From positions 166,470,001 through 166,534,000 of the forward strand of contig NC_042999.1 in assembly GCF_006345805.1 (NCBI RefSeq): a stretch of DNA of 64,000 bases, in the 5' to 3' direction. The position numbers and the translations under genes are program-made. Shown here piece by piece: positions 1 to 14,032 of this stretch (positions are counted from its first letter, which is position 1; each line of letters starts with the position of its first letter). The notes under the pieces were generated by a model. It was not told the DNA's origin, ran no database searches, and worked only from the letters and a program-made list of their open reading frames with translations. This DNA comes from Octopus sinensis. Taxonomy: Eukaryota.

Positions 1-504
1 ATGATGATGAATGTAACATTTTATACTTTTTAACCACAAAGCGGCTGAGGAATAAAGCATTTGGCTATTGAAGATCAAGTCTGCTACAGGCATATTGTTG
101 TTGGAATATGATCATTGAATGAAAAAAAGTATCTTCTATTTTTTTTTTGTTCTGTTTTACTGGCTGTGATACTGGCTGGACAATTGACAGACATCCATAC
201 ATATACACATGCACACAAGTATACATATGCCAAGTGATACATGCCTGTATATATACATGTACGTAATTTTGATTTCAAATTTTGGCACAAGGCCAGCGAT
301 TTTGTGGGAGACCCCAAAAGGATAAAAAACAAAGTCAACCTCGGTGGAATTTGATCTCAGAGTGTGAAGACAGGCAAAATTACTGTTAACTATTTCATCT
401 GGCATGCTAACAAGTCTACCAACTTGTCACCATAAAACACATGTACATAATTTTAACATCCATTTTGCTACACCTGGGAAGGTGAGTGGATCTTCTTCCA
501 CATA

Positions 505-666
505 GGCGCAGGAGTGGCTGTGTGGTAAGTAGCTTGCTAACCAACCACATGGTTCCGGGTTCAGTCCCACTGCATGGCATCTTGGGCAAGTGTCTTCTGC
601 TATAGCCCCAGGCCGACCAATGCCTGTGAGTGGATTTGGTAGACGGAAACTGAAAGAAGCCTGTCG

Positions 667-709
<43 letters not shown>

Positions 710-920
710 TTGTGTGTCTGTGTTTGTCCCCCTAGCATTGCTTGACAACCGATGCTGGTGTGTTTACGTCCCTGTCACTTAGCGGTTTGGCAAAAGAGAC
801 CTATAGAATAAGTACTGGGCTTACAAAGAATAAGTCCCGGGGTCGATTTACTTGACTAAAAGCGGTGCTCCAGCATGGCCGCAGTCACATGACTGAAACA
901 AGTAAAAGAGTAAAAAGAGT
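505..920 (+). mobile_element. tRNA-derived SINE, family A (~400 bp, internal (TA)n(TG)n, LINE-like 3' tail)
   Basis: Head GGCGCAGGAGTGGCTGTGTGGTAAG with A-box-like TGGCTGTGTGG and B-box-like GGTTCAGTCCC; internal microsatellite; tail CCAGCATGGCCGCAGTC..GACTGAAACAAGTAAAAGAG. More than 12 related copies in the window. Confidence 0.9.
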
Positions 921-924
921 ATGA

Positions 925-1395
925 CATGCCTCCAGTTTGCCTGCTTCTTTGTCCTCTCCTTTGTGCTATGGAAAAGCTTCAGATCGGTTTTTCTCCTACT
1001 TCATTCTGCCCATATCAATGCAGTCGTCTTTCTCAAGCACTAAACCCGATTCCTCTTTTATTCAGTTTATTTTTCAGTTCATTTGTGCCGTGTCATTCAT
1101 GTATACTAGTATAAGCATGTCCAGCAGAGCATGCTCACTTCATTTCTATTTATTCTTTATAGATCTTCTCTGTTCAAAGCCCATGTTTCACTACAATGTA
1201 GCATCACACATTTCAGACACATGTATCATATAATCTGCCCTGAAAAAGAAGCTGTTTGTTGCCAGTTGGAATAACAGTTCTCTAAACTTTTTGCCAATGC
1301 GTTTGTATTCTGGCTTCTATGCTTTCAGAGCACCCATCCTCATTATTAATTAGGTTTCTTAGGTAACAGAAGCCATTGACTTCATAAGAGAAGCA
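925..1395 (-). mobile_element. Old degraded RTE-clade LINE fragment (C-terminal part of ORF)
   Basis: Minus-strand translation gives broken GRLYDTCV..MLHCSETWALNRED..RNEVSML, matching the C-terminus of the younger RTE at 18.5-22 kb. Confidence 0.65.
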
Positions 1396-1782
1396 CTTAT
1401 AATGTATCATAAAAAGAATAAAATTCATGAAAATTTCACATTGATATAAAACTAAATTCATTAGTTTTCTGAAATTGCTTATTTTTAGTTTTATCTTTTG
1501 AAGTCAAGTGAAGGAGTTGTTTTGATCCAGATATGCAAAGATCAGTAGGGCATTGTACTAGTGCAGTAACAGCCAAAGTATTTCACTTTTGTTAGCTCAA
1601 CTTCTCTAATAGTGTGAGTTGTCTGTGTAGGGAAATAGATAGAGTGTACAATATAAACAACTGTAGTGTCAGTAAATGTATTGATAACTTGTAGGACTTC
1701 AAATATTTCCACAAATATAATTTCATAAAGGTTGACTGTCTCACATCAGTTGTTAGTAAAGATTGAAAAATTGATAACTAGG

Positions 1783-1823
<41 letters not shown>

Positions 1824-2258
1824 GGTAAATGTTATATAGATGTTTAGTTTTACATGCTATACTTGGTTAAATATTTTTGAAAATGTTTATATTTGAATTT
1901 GAATTGTTGGAAGAAGAGCTGATTGTTAGAATCTTTTAAGAGTGTCTGTTTTATGGATTACATCCATATATATAAATAATCCAGCTCAAAAATACTTTGG
2001 ATTACTTGGATGGAGGTGTAAATGAATTTTATTAATTTGAAAATGCAATTTAAGAGTAGAACCAGTTGTAGCAAAGTCTTAAGAATGCAATGTAAAGTAA
2101 CATTATTTGTGGATTATATGAAATTTGGGAAGATGTCAGAATGCAACATGGGTAGTGAAGACGGAAGACCTGCTGAGACTTGAAAAGAGTAAGTTGAGTT
2201 GGATATACAAAGTGAATATGTGATTCAAGGCTAACCAAATATATATATATATATATGT

Positions 2259-2542
2259 GGAGGTGCAATGGCCTAGTGGTTAGGGCAGCGGACTCGCGGT
2301 CGTAGGATCGCGGTTTTGATTCTCAGACCGGGCGTTGTGAGTGTTTATTGAGCGAAAACACCTAAAAGCTCCACGAGGCTCCGGCAGGAGGTGGTGATCC
2401 CTGCTGTACTCTTTCACCACTCTTTCTTCTGTTGGCCTGCTCGCTTAGCCAGCGGGGTGGCGTCATTCGAAGGCTAAAACAATGCAAACGCATTGTGACC
2501 AGCGATGTGTAAAACATCTGATGGTCTGGTCGGTCACGTGAT

Positions 2543-2550
<8 letters not shown>
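2259..2550 (+). mobile_element. tRNA-derived SINE, family B
   Basis: Head GGAGGTGCAATGGCCTAGTGGTTAGG..GGTTTTGATTC; near-identical body at 35247-35546; flanked by (TA)n. Confidence 0.85.
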
Positions 2551-2584
<34 letters not shown>

Positions 2585-2722
2585 CGTGTTCGCTCTCCTG
2601 TGAATGTGAGATGGTTGTACTAACATCCTCACATACTTGATGAAAAATACTGTGAACTTGTCTACAATGTATATAAATATTTTATATGTGTGTGTGTGTG
2701 TGTGTGTGTGTGAGTGTGTGTG

Positions 2723-2764
<42 letters not shown>

Positions 2765-3049
2765 ATGGTTTTTGGTAGACAGTGTTGATTTTTACAATTC
2801 TGACATCTAAAAAGCACCTTTGAGCTTTGGGCCTCACGGAGGCAAGATAGTCGATACTGGTGGCACATGATAAGCACCTTTCAAGTGTTGGGCCTTACGG
2901 AGGCAATGACAAATGACCGGCACCTTTGGCATTATGCTGTGCTTGAGTAGAAGATCCATCAAGTGAAATCGTAACTGTGGCAGATACTGGTGTCACTCAA
3001 ATGGCACCCATGCCAGCATGGACAGTGGACATTAGGTGATGATGTTGAA

Positions 3050-3515
3050 TAATAATATTTTATAAGTGATCATCATGCGATGACTAAATAAAATAGTCTA
3101 GTATTGGGGCATATTAGCTCTTGACAGATAAAAGTAGGGTTTTCTATATGCATGGGACTCGAACCCACAGCTCTTTGTTTTTGCAACAACTGTGTTACCA
3201 TTATACCAATGTACCCTTGGCTTCTTTCCATCAGATTTAAGAACTATAATTAGTTCATAGTATTGTTTCTATAAACAAACATCATGTGCATTTTCTGCAA
3301 TGGCTTTTGGTTAGCAGAATCAATTTTTACAATTCTGTAAATAATAATTATAATATTTTATAAAGTTAAAACTTATAAGCAATCACCATGCAATGACTTA
3401 ATAGTCAGAAAACTACTTTTTTTCCATTGAGGGCTTATATGCCCCAATATTTGACTATTTTCTTTTGTCATTGCATAATGATCCCTTATAAGCTTTAAAC
3501 TTATAAAATATCATT
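3050..3515. mobile_element. MITE-like element with ~90-bp imperfect terminal inverted repeats enclosing a tRNA-like segment
   Basis: 3050-3137 is approximately the reverse complement of 3413-3515. The minus strand at 3145-3215 has TGGTATAATGG and GGTTCGAGTCC (Pol III A/B-box-like). Confidence 0.5.
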
Positions 3516-3540
3516 ATTATTATTATTTACAGAATATATC

Positions 3541-4550
<1,010 letters not shown>

Positions 4551-6820
4551 AATATATTTGAAGTCTTGAACAGAATGTAAATAAAGCCCTTAAAGTTGGC
4601 CATAAATACTAGGCTCCACAATTTGGCAATTTTTACTTGTGATCTCCTGTTAACATTTCTAACCTTACTCTGCAGAACCCGGAAATACTTCATCAAAAAG
4701 AAAGCTATCTAATTGGCATAGACCCACTCACCAACACATTCAAACTTCTCAGTCATAGATAATGTGCTGTCTCTTCACTCTGACTTCTATTGCTACAGTA
4801 ACAACTCCTGATTCTTGTAACTAGCCAACTGCTTATCACCTCCATCCAATGAACTCCACAAACTCATCTTTCCTCTTATAGTGTCCCACCACCACCACCT
4901 CCACCACTCCAAATCTTGTTGTAACCATTTAACTCAATCCTTCCTCCCCAAAACATCACTTGTCTGCAATTCTCTTCCTACTCATGTGTTGAAGCCTGAG
5001 CATTAACCATGTTGAATGTTAGCAGTCAGGACCAACTAATGTAGATTTTGAGTTTTATGGACAACAACTAAAAGAGGAGTAATTATACAGTAACAAGATT
5101 GATTTCTGGGGGAGGGTGAATGTAAATAGAAGTTCTTGCTATGTAAAATTATTGAATATTATTCTCTTGAAATTAAATATAAAAATATTTCAGCAAATCA
5201 AAACTAAAGTCTTCTGTGTTTTTTTCACATTCCTATTCAGCAAAAACTTTAAAAGATTCTCTTTAAATTCTGTTAATGATAGACAAGCTCACCAGTTCTC
5301 TTTTACTGTTTCCCCAAGCAATTCATACTAGTTATGCTTATACTTCAAGTGATTCAGTGCTTGCTAGTTTTTTACTCTTTCTGTCTTTCTGTACTATTAA
5401 CTGTCCTCACATCTGATAAAATAACTTGCTGAAAATTGTGATAAAGACATGATGAAAAACAATCAATTAGGAAAAGGTGTTTAAAAAAAGTTGTTGGATT
5501 TCATTCTGGTTGAAGAAAAGTTATTAAATTATAATGTTTATCAAAGCAAAAAATAAAACACATTACTCTTTAAAAGAAATGAGTAATTTATGCCATAAAT
5601 ATTACTTTGGAACTGCCATTTGACAATTTGTAAAACTGAAATTCATTATCTTAAACTAAACTTATTTAAAATTTGCTGTGAAACTTTGATCTTAGTTTTA
5701 ATACAGGTTTCACAAGTTTACATTAAAAGATATCTTTGTTTACTTTTTGTGAGTTGTTGTAATAAAATGTTTAATTGTTTTGATAAAATAACATTTAGTA
5801 GACTTTAAAAATCATCATGTTAAGTGTGTGTTTGTAGTGCTCAGTGGAGTTTTATTTATATTTAGTAAATATAGTGTTGCAATGGAACTCAGTGACAAGT
5901 ATTGTATTCATTCGTGTATAACGTGCACCCAAACTGTGGGCAATGTAATCGCCTTAAAAATATCTCTCATGTTGGGAAACGGAGTACATAAAATATATTA
6001 AAAAAGTTCATGGATTCTAAACAAATCAAAGCACAATTCTCAAAGTGGCCTTTGAACTTCACCAGTGCAGAGCACCAACTGTGAAGTCAACATTGTGGAA
6101 ATCACATGATAGTGTTTTTTTTTCTAGAAAATCAATTTGATTTTGATATTGATGGTGTATCTGAATAAGTTTAAAATCAATGTTACTCTTCAGTTTGCGT
6201 AGTGATACACACATAGATTACTAAACAGAACAAAGCACATATTGTTTAAGTGTAAATTATTCTAAAGTTCCTCTAACTGTTTAATATGCATATTAAAAAA
6301 AAAAAAACTGTCTTTGAATTTATATCTTATACATCAGCTATTTGGGATCGGGAATATTGTTTTTTACAGTTAAAATGACTTGTTTAAAACTCTTAATAAA
6401 TTGAAGTATCACAGCATTTTAAATTTTTAGAAAGTAAAAACCAAAAACCATTTCTATTTCATCTAGTGTTTTCTATATAATTTCGTGAGATGTAATTTGT
6501 GTTGACATCATATGAAGATAGTATCTATTTACAGTTAGACCTCAATTATCTAAACCAGATGGGTGAGGGAAGTATTTTCTTCAGATAACTGATTTGATTG
6601 TAAACAAAGGAAGCCATGCTAAAAATATTACATAACAAAAAAGCATGTTTACTTAATCGTTTTGCAATTCAGTTGATAAAATTTTGCACTCATCTGCAAT
6701 CTTTGATGCCTTTCACCTATGAACCAGACAGTGCATTATCTTTGTTTTCTGTTTGAATTTTAATGATGTTTGCTTTTTATTCATAGACTTGGTTACAACA
6801 ACCAACTTAATTACTTGTAA

Positions 6821-7045
6821 TACGAAGGGGTGCTGAAAAGTTCCTGGTTTTGAGTAAAAGAAAGTTCTGGAGGATCAGTTAATTGTGATTTTATTCAACA
6901 TATTCCCTTCTCAGATTCACACTTATTGCAGTGGCCCTTCAGTATTTCTAAGCCCTGTAAAAGAACTTGGAAGGTTGGACCTTCAACCAAGCCTTTCCTT
7001 AAGAACTTGGGAAGTTGGCCCTCCACCAGGCCTTTCCTTAAAGCC
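6821..7045 (+). mobile_element. Mariner-like DNA transposon terminal fragment
   Basis: Begins TA|CGAAGGGGTGCTGAAAAGTTCC, resembling mariner TIRs; small internal tandem duplication at 6961-7040; no partner TIR found. Confidence 0.45.
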
Positions 7046-7868
7046 AGGAAATTTTCAGCACTCTCTCATAAATAAATACTTGGAACAATATTATAGAGTG
7101 ATGAAGAACCACTGATTTTACCATGCTTTCAAATATTTTAATATATCGGTCACTTTTATGTGTTATTGTTTAAAGTGACTAACTGAGATGAGACTTGTAG
7201 ACTGACCAACACATGCTACTTTCATAGCTGTAAACAAACAATGCTATTGTCAGCCCTGTATTGGTAACAACTCTTTAATGTAGCATTATCCCATGTTTTT
7301 CCATAATTCCAATTCACTCTTCATCATGTAAACAAATGACAAATTGATTGCATCAGTATTACTTCTTAGTTTGCTTTTCAAACAGTATAGCTAATTAAAT
7401 ATTCTTGGGACTTTGAGATCTTGTTTAATTCTTATGAAATTCAGAGAATAGATCAATACAATCTAATATGAGCATACTTGTAAAATTTAATGACCCATTT
7501 AACATATCACTATTGCAGAAAAATGTATCATTATTATAGTGATTTCAAACTGTTCATTACACATCAGTTAGCTCCAACAATAGATATAACTTACTTTCAG
7601 TTATACTATCCTAAATATGGCCTTGCACTTAGGACTGGGTAAAAAATACATATAATTTATTTCTCATGTATAATGCACACTATAACTTTTAGGTTTGAAA
7701 ATCTGGGAAAAAGTGCTTATCATAAATGATTAATGTCCTAGATTAATGTCTTAGAAAATATTGTGAATTTGAAAAGAAAAGATTGTAACTGCATTAATAT
7801 TTTTGAAAATCAGTTCTATTAATATAATAATTTTATTATTTGAAACATATTGGAATAATCTATTTCAG

Positions 7869-7985
7869 GGGTTCAGTCACCTCTTGACCTAAGTGATGTA
7901 AGTCATGACATATCAACCATTCTCGACAGTTTGGAACTAAATAGTAACACAAAATCAAATCAATCAAACCAGCACTTTAAAACAG
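7869..7985 (+). CDS. Penultimate coding exon of unidentified gene (xVQSPLDLSDVSHDISTILDSLELNSNTKSNQSNQHFKT)
   Basis: TTTCAG acceptor, CAG|GTAAAA donor, 117 nt, open frame, phase 1-1; joins in frame to 14778. Confidence 0.7.
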
Positions 7986-8231
7986 GTAAAACATTTCCGT
8001 GTGTCCTTTTCAATCTCTGCAAAACACTGTTCATTCTTTTCTCATTGATGTGTTAATTTCACTAATGTTCCCATTAAACTGAATACTTAATTTTTCTCTT
8101 TACATCTAAAATACTGATTAGTTCATACCATTCTTCTTTAAACATGACTATCTTTTAACTATCAAATGCTTATAATTACTAAGTTGCTCATACCATCATC
8201 CTTACTAGCATCTCTGTCACCACTACTATCT

Positions 8232-9200
8232 TCATCATCATCATCATCACTGTCATGATTGCTTTTCCTCATTGACATGGGTTAGCTAGATCTGTATAAT
8301 CAATATTGATCTTTTTTTTATTTTGTGAGGTCCAAACCGTTTCACATTTGACTGAACCACTTCCTCAGAAAGTCTCCAATGTTGTAAATCTACCGTAGAT
8401 ACCCTTCATTATGAACACATATCTTTCTATTCCATTTGCTTCAATTATTTACCAGAGCAGGCAACTTACTCAACATAAAAAACATTTCATGTCATTTGTC
8501 TTCCAATTACTTCAACCTTTCTTCCTATACTAATTACTTCCTATATTAATGCTGTAATTTCAGTCAGAGCTCATTAATATTCAGCTCTTACAGATTCTCT
8601 GCACTCACCAACAATGTTTCACCATTACATTTCATCAGGCTTTTTGTATGAAAAAGAGAAAATCTTTGTTGTTGACAGTGGTAACTCATATTCCACTGCT
8701 TCCTCCCTTGCTCCTACACTATCACTTTCATTAGTAATTATATCATCTAAGAAGTTGAACTTGCAAGCCATCCATCTGAGTATTCCATAGCTTTCAATTT
8801 ATGACTGCTTCAGCTACCAGCTATTCTAAATGTTTTGATACTCTCTCATAATATCAGAAATCTCGTTGCAGCTTTCATTTACTCATTCTGCACTAACAAC
8901 ACTAGTGAATTTCTATCTATTATTCACTTCTTGTACTCTTGCACACTGAACAACTGAACAAGGCCACTCCACAGATGCTGCCAAGCTTTTGTGCTGTGCT
9001 CTCTGATTCTTACTAGAACTTTTCAAACACCAGCCTATTCTTTCAAATCCTGGAATGAGCTCTCAAAAGAACACTGAATGGTTCTTTTTAAATGTGTTGT
9101 TTTTTTTAATACAAGAGCTTTCTTGCACTTTGACTTCTGTCTGAAGGTTATGTCCAAAACTGAGATGCTATTCAGTCCAGCCACATCTGTCAATATAAAG
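8232..9200 (-). mobile_element. Old degraded RTE-clade LINE 3' portion
   Basis: (CAT)n tail at 8232-8250, RTE-type 3' end, and broken similarity to the RTE C-terminal coding region on the minus strand. Confidence 0.5.
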
Positions 9201-9461
9201 AAATAATAATTGTTCTTATTACCTTCTATACAAAACTGTTAGGACACTACTGAAAAATTGATTTCCATGTAGTGTATCTGTTGAAGCAATTTTTCTCTGG
9301 GTTAAATGTATTGGAGTTGGATCTACATTTGGCAGACTCTCCTTCTCCTATTCATTCTCCACATTTAGCAGCCTTTCATAATGGCATTTCCAAGCCTCTT
9401 TCTTTGCACAATCACTAACTGCAAGGGAACCATCATCCATGTGGACACATTTCTCTGATGT

Positions 9462-11488
9462 CATAGGAGATAAGTGTGTCCACATGGATGATGGTTCCCT
9501 TGCAGTTAGTGATTGTGCAAAGAAAGAGGCTTGGAAATGACATTATGAAAGGCTGCTAAATGTAGAGAATGATTGGGAGAAAGACAGTCTGCCTAATGTA
9601 GACCCAACTGAGGGACCAGTTATCCAAATCAACAGTAGCTTGGTAGATAAAGCAATTAAGGATATGAAATGAAATCAGAGAAAGCCCTTGGCCCATTAGG
9701 AATCACCACTGAGACACTTAAAATATCTGGCATAGTAGGATATGGCCTGGTCACCTGTATAGGAAATCAGGTTGTCCATGAGGGGGGGGGGGTCATACTC
9801 TACGATTAGTGTAGCAGCATCATAGTCAGTTGCTACAAAGGCAAAGGTAATACCTTAGACAAAAACAATTGCAGAATCATCAGATTGCTGGATCAGGTGT
9901 TGAAAGTCACAGAAAGGGCCACAGCTCAATTGTAGAGAGTTAGCATAGATGAGATGCAGTTCAGATTTGGGTTGGTTAAGCAACTGCAAGAGAAGTATTT
10001 AGCCAAAAATAAACCCCTGTACTTGGTTTTTGTCGAAATGGAGAAAGCTTTCAACAGTGTCCCCTGCTCACTTATCTAGTTGTCCATGTGGAAGCTAGGG
10101 AGAGATGAGTGGTTAGTGAGAGCAGTACAAGCCATGTATAGGGATGCTGCCAGTAAGGTGAAGGTTGGCAACAAGTATAGCAATGCATTCAGTGTACTGG
10201 TAGGAGTTCATCAAGGTCCAGCTCTCAGTCCCCTCCTGTTTATCTTGGTCCTCCAGGCCTTAACAGAGGAATTCAAGACTAGCTGTCCCTAGAACCTCCT
10301 CTATACTGATGACCTTATTCTTATAGCTGAAGCACTACCTAACCTTGAGAAGAGATTTCAGGTGTGGAAACAAGGCCTGGAATCTAAAAGCATTAGAATT
10401 AATTTAGCAAAAACCAAAATCCTAGTAAGTTGGGAAACCAACAAATTACTAGACCTTTCTGGGAGATGGCCCTGCTTGATATGTAAAAAGGGTGTTGGTA
10501 GAAACTTCATACATTGTACCAAATGCATGTTTTGTGATGTGCATGACTGAGGATAGCTGCATAAAGATGTGAGAAACTCTAATTGTGGAGGGTACCTGTG
10601 GAAGAGGTAGACCTGGAAGACATGGGACAAAGTGGTGAGAGGGGATCTTTGGATCCTGGGCATCAGTAAGGAAATGACAAGGGATGAGGAGGTGTGGCAA
10701 TATGTTGTACTTGATAAGATGCATGTAGCAGTATCTCAGAAAGGTTAATGGGGAATATAGTATTTGTGTGTAGCAATGTGCAAGTGCAATAAGCTGTAAA
10801 AATGTGCTGATGATGGACTCCCTCAAAAGCTCAGAGCCATCATTAGAAGTAGTTGATACTTCTGTTAGTTAGGAAACCAAGTTAGCAGTGGTGGCGGAAG
10901 TTCTGAAAGTGTAGTTGCTTGAATAAGAACAGGCTGGGCAAAGTTCAGGGAGCTTCTGCCTTTGTGGGTAACTAAGGGCCTCTCTTTCAGATTGAAAGAA
11001 GGATTGTATGATGTCTGTGTACATACAGCTATGTTACATGGCAGTGACACATGGGCTTTGACTACAGAGGACTTGTGAAGGCTTGAAAGAAATGAAACTA
11101 TCATGCTCCCCTGGATGGGTAATGTCAATGTGCACGCACAACAGAGTGTAAAGGATTTAAGAGGAAAACTAGGTATAAAAGGCGTCAGATGTTGTGTGCA
11201 AGAGAGAAGACTGCACTGGTTCAGTCACGTAATGCCTATGGATGAGGACAGCTGCGTAAAGAAGTGCCAAGCTTTAATTATGGAGGATGCTTGTGGAAGA
11301 GGTAGACCCAGGAAGACATGGGATGAAGTGGTGAGAGGGGATCTTTGGACACTGGGCCACACTGAGGAAATGACAAGGGACCAGGAGATGTGGCAATTGG
11401 AGTCTGGACAGCTCCAAGCTTGTCAGCTCTATATGAAACTGTCCAACCCATGCCAGCATGGAAAGTGGACGTTACATGATGATGATGA
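9462..11488 (+). mobile_element. 5'-truncated, decayed RTE-clade LINE (RT to 3' end), with an inverted copy of its 5' end at 9316-9449
   Basis: Fragments WLVRAVQAMYRDAASKV, GVHQGPALSPLLF, YTDD, RGRPRKTWDEVV; (GAT)n tail; many stops and frameshifts. Confidence 0.9.
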
Positions 11489-12148
11489 CGGCTGTGGTAG
11501 TGGATGAGGAGGGTGCAGTAGTGGTGGTGGTGGTAGTGCTGTAGTCTTACAAAAAACTTGTTAAGTATATAATTTTCTGGTTGCTTTTGGAAGCCTTCTG
11601 AGCTGCTTACAACTTCATGGACAAGTCAATAAGTAAGCGTCTACATGGTCACTAGACTTGCTAGAAATCATACCCTGCCATCTTATAAAAGGAAGGATAC
11701 ATTGGATAAGATAGAATAAAAATGAAATACCTTTAATTATAGAGCTCACCTGAAGCTAAACAATAGCAGGATGGACTACTTAATTAAGTCTCTCTGTCAT
11801 ATGGCAGTGCTAAGAATGAACTGCTGAGCCAACAGGCTGGCACTATATCAATTAATCAAACTGAAACATACTGTTTTAGTTCAGTTACATTTGCCACTTC
11901 CTTGGGGTTGATTAAATAATAATCTACTAATATAATTGGCAGTTTTTCTTTCTCTCTCTCTCTCTTTGTCCATCCTTCATCAAAGATATAGCTGCTATGA
12001 TACTTTCACTATCTCTGTATTTCAGTTGTTCAGACTCTATAAGTTTTTATATATATTTATTTGTATGTATGATTTATTAATTATTAAATGATTATGAAGA
12101 ACGTATTTTACTCTGTAAGTTCCTTTAAATATACTTTACTCTAAGTAA

Positions 12149-12544
12149 TCTTTATATATAAAAGAGAGGTTGTGTGCTGTCTGTCTCCTACGATTTAGAT
12201 TCCTAACTACTCGCACATTTTGCGGTGCAGTTTAACCAAAACCAGGTATCTTATAGTCGTGATTCATATCGAGCCCTTCTGGGTATTAGCGCACGTCTAT
12301 GATGAGTCTACGATTTAAAAAAAAAATTACCATAATTTTTTTCCATTTTAATGCATTTTTGGCATATATAAGGGAAGTAACTCTCTAAAAAATTTATTAT
12401 TAAATCTCAGAACGTAAAAAGCTACAGTAACACCCCCCCTTTGTGGTTAGTCATATTGAGATGGCTATTATACTTTACATGTCTAAAAATGCTTATATAG
12501 TTATTTCCCTTACAAACCCGAGCAACGCCAGGCGATACTGCTAG
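12149..12544 (+). mobile_element. Non-autonomous Helitron (396 bp), copy 1
   Basis: A|TC 5' end, CCCG..(A/G)GG hairpin remnant and CTAG|T 3' end, no TSD; copies at 49045, 51847 and 54708. Confidence 0.85.
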
Positions 12545-13253
12545 TTAACTATAAAACTAAATATTAAACTGGATTTTCCACAGGTACTCACTAGTTACTA
12601 ATAATACACCAAGGCTGTATGAATTAACTGTCTTCACTTCCTTAGTAATATATCTTAGAAATATATATTTGTCTTTATCAAAATAAATCATTATTACTGT
12701 TCAACTAAACTATTTCTTTTCATGCTCTAAATATTACTTTAGATTGAATATACTTGTAGATCATTTCATTATTACTGTGAATAATTTTCACACCTAACAC
12801 TAAATATTCTAATCATGCCAAGTTTTATCAAAGTTTTCCTTATGAATTAGTTTTAATATATGTTGATGACTTCTTGCCCAGATAAATTGATTTAAATCAT
12901 TTAATTTTCAAATCTCTTATCAATATACTTTTATCATAAAATAGATTACAGATATTCAACGTAACAGACTGAGACACAACTAATTTTATAAACAATGCAA
13001 TTTAAATCAATACTTATGTCATATTGTTGTTATAACATGGAAGTTTGTGTGTGAGAGAGAGAGAGAAAGAGAGATTATATAAATAAATACATTTAATTGT
13101 AAGTTTATTGATGTTGTTTCTATATTAGTCTTTTGATTTTTTTTTACCTTATATAATTAAAATAAGATTTGATCTACATAATCAAGAACTTAATTTCTGC
13201 AGAACTGTAGTACATGAAGGTACCTTATGTGTGTGTGTGTGTGTGTGTGTGTG

Positions 13254-13385
13254 AAGGCACATGACTTAAGGTTTAGAGCATTGGGTTTACAATTGTGATG
13301 TTGTGAGTTCAATTCCTGATCTGGGCTGTTGTGTTCTTGAGCAGAACATTTTATTTTATTGTTGCTCCAGTTCACTCAGCTGTAG
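13254..13385 (+). mobile_element. Old tRNA-derived SINE family C (head)
   Basis: A/B-box-like head followed by TTGTGTTCTTGAGCA..TTGCTCCAGTTCACTCAGCTGTAG, shared with 14033-14348. Confidence 0.6.
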
Positions 13386-13485
13386 TTCAATATGAAAAAA
13401 GAACAAAAAAGAGATAAGAATTCGCTAAAAATGAAGTTTTAAACAGCTGCTGTGCAACTGTGTTAATGACCAAGTTGCACTGACA

Positions 13486-13830
13486 TACTCTTTTACTTGT
13501 TTCAGTCATTTGACTGCGGCCATGCTGGAGCACCGCCTTTAATCGAGCAACTTGATCCCGGGACTTATTCTTTTGTAAGCCCAGTACTTATTCTATCGGT
13601 CTCTTTTGCCGAACCGCTAAGTAACGGGGACATAAACACACCAGCATCGGTTGTCAAGCAATGCTAGGAGGACAAACACACACACGCATATATATATATA
13701 TACATATATACGACGGGCTTCTTTCAGTTTCCGTCTATCAAATCCACTCACAAGGCTTTGGTCGGCCCGAGGCTATAGTAGAAGACACTTGCCCAAGGTG
13801 CCACGCAGTGGGACTGAACCCGGAACCATG
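13486..13830 (-). mobile_element. SINE family A, 5'-truncated
   Basis: Reverse complement of the family A tail, microsatellite and most of the head. Confidence 0.9.
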
Positions 13831-14032
13831 ATGAAAATTTGATACCAAAAAATAAATGAAAAGCGTATTTTAAAAGATTCTATGTGTGTGTGGGGGGGAT
13901 GGCTTAAAAGGACTCTTTCATAATGTGATTGATTTAGTTTCAACATACAGTCTCAGATCAAGTCTGTTGCCAAACAATTACAACTTTATAAAATTATGGA
14001 TAGGTAAATTAGAAACTGCTATATGTCATGTA

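Noticed and set aside
505-580. tRNA-like heads as true tRNA genes
   Set aside because: They lack a clean cloverleaf and terminator and continue into SINE bodies.
416-748. Recurrent MSSNARGTN../MLGGQTQT.. ORFs (also 13651, 22580, 31186, 47815, 52172)
   Set aside because: Antisense reading frames of SINE family A; recurrence reflects the repeat, not a gene family.
4676-4760. Possible plus-strand exon after CTCTGCAG
   Set aside because: No suitable in-phase donor before stops; the sequence looks more like a decayed repeat.
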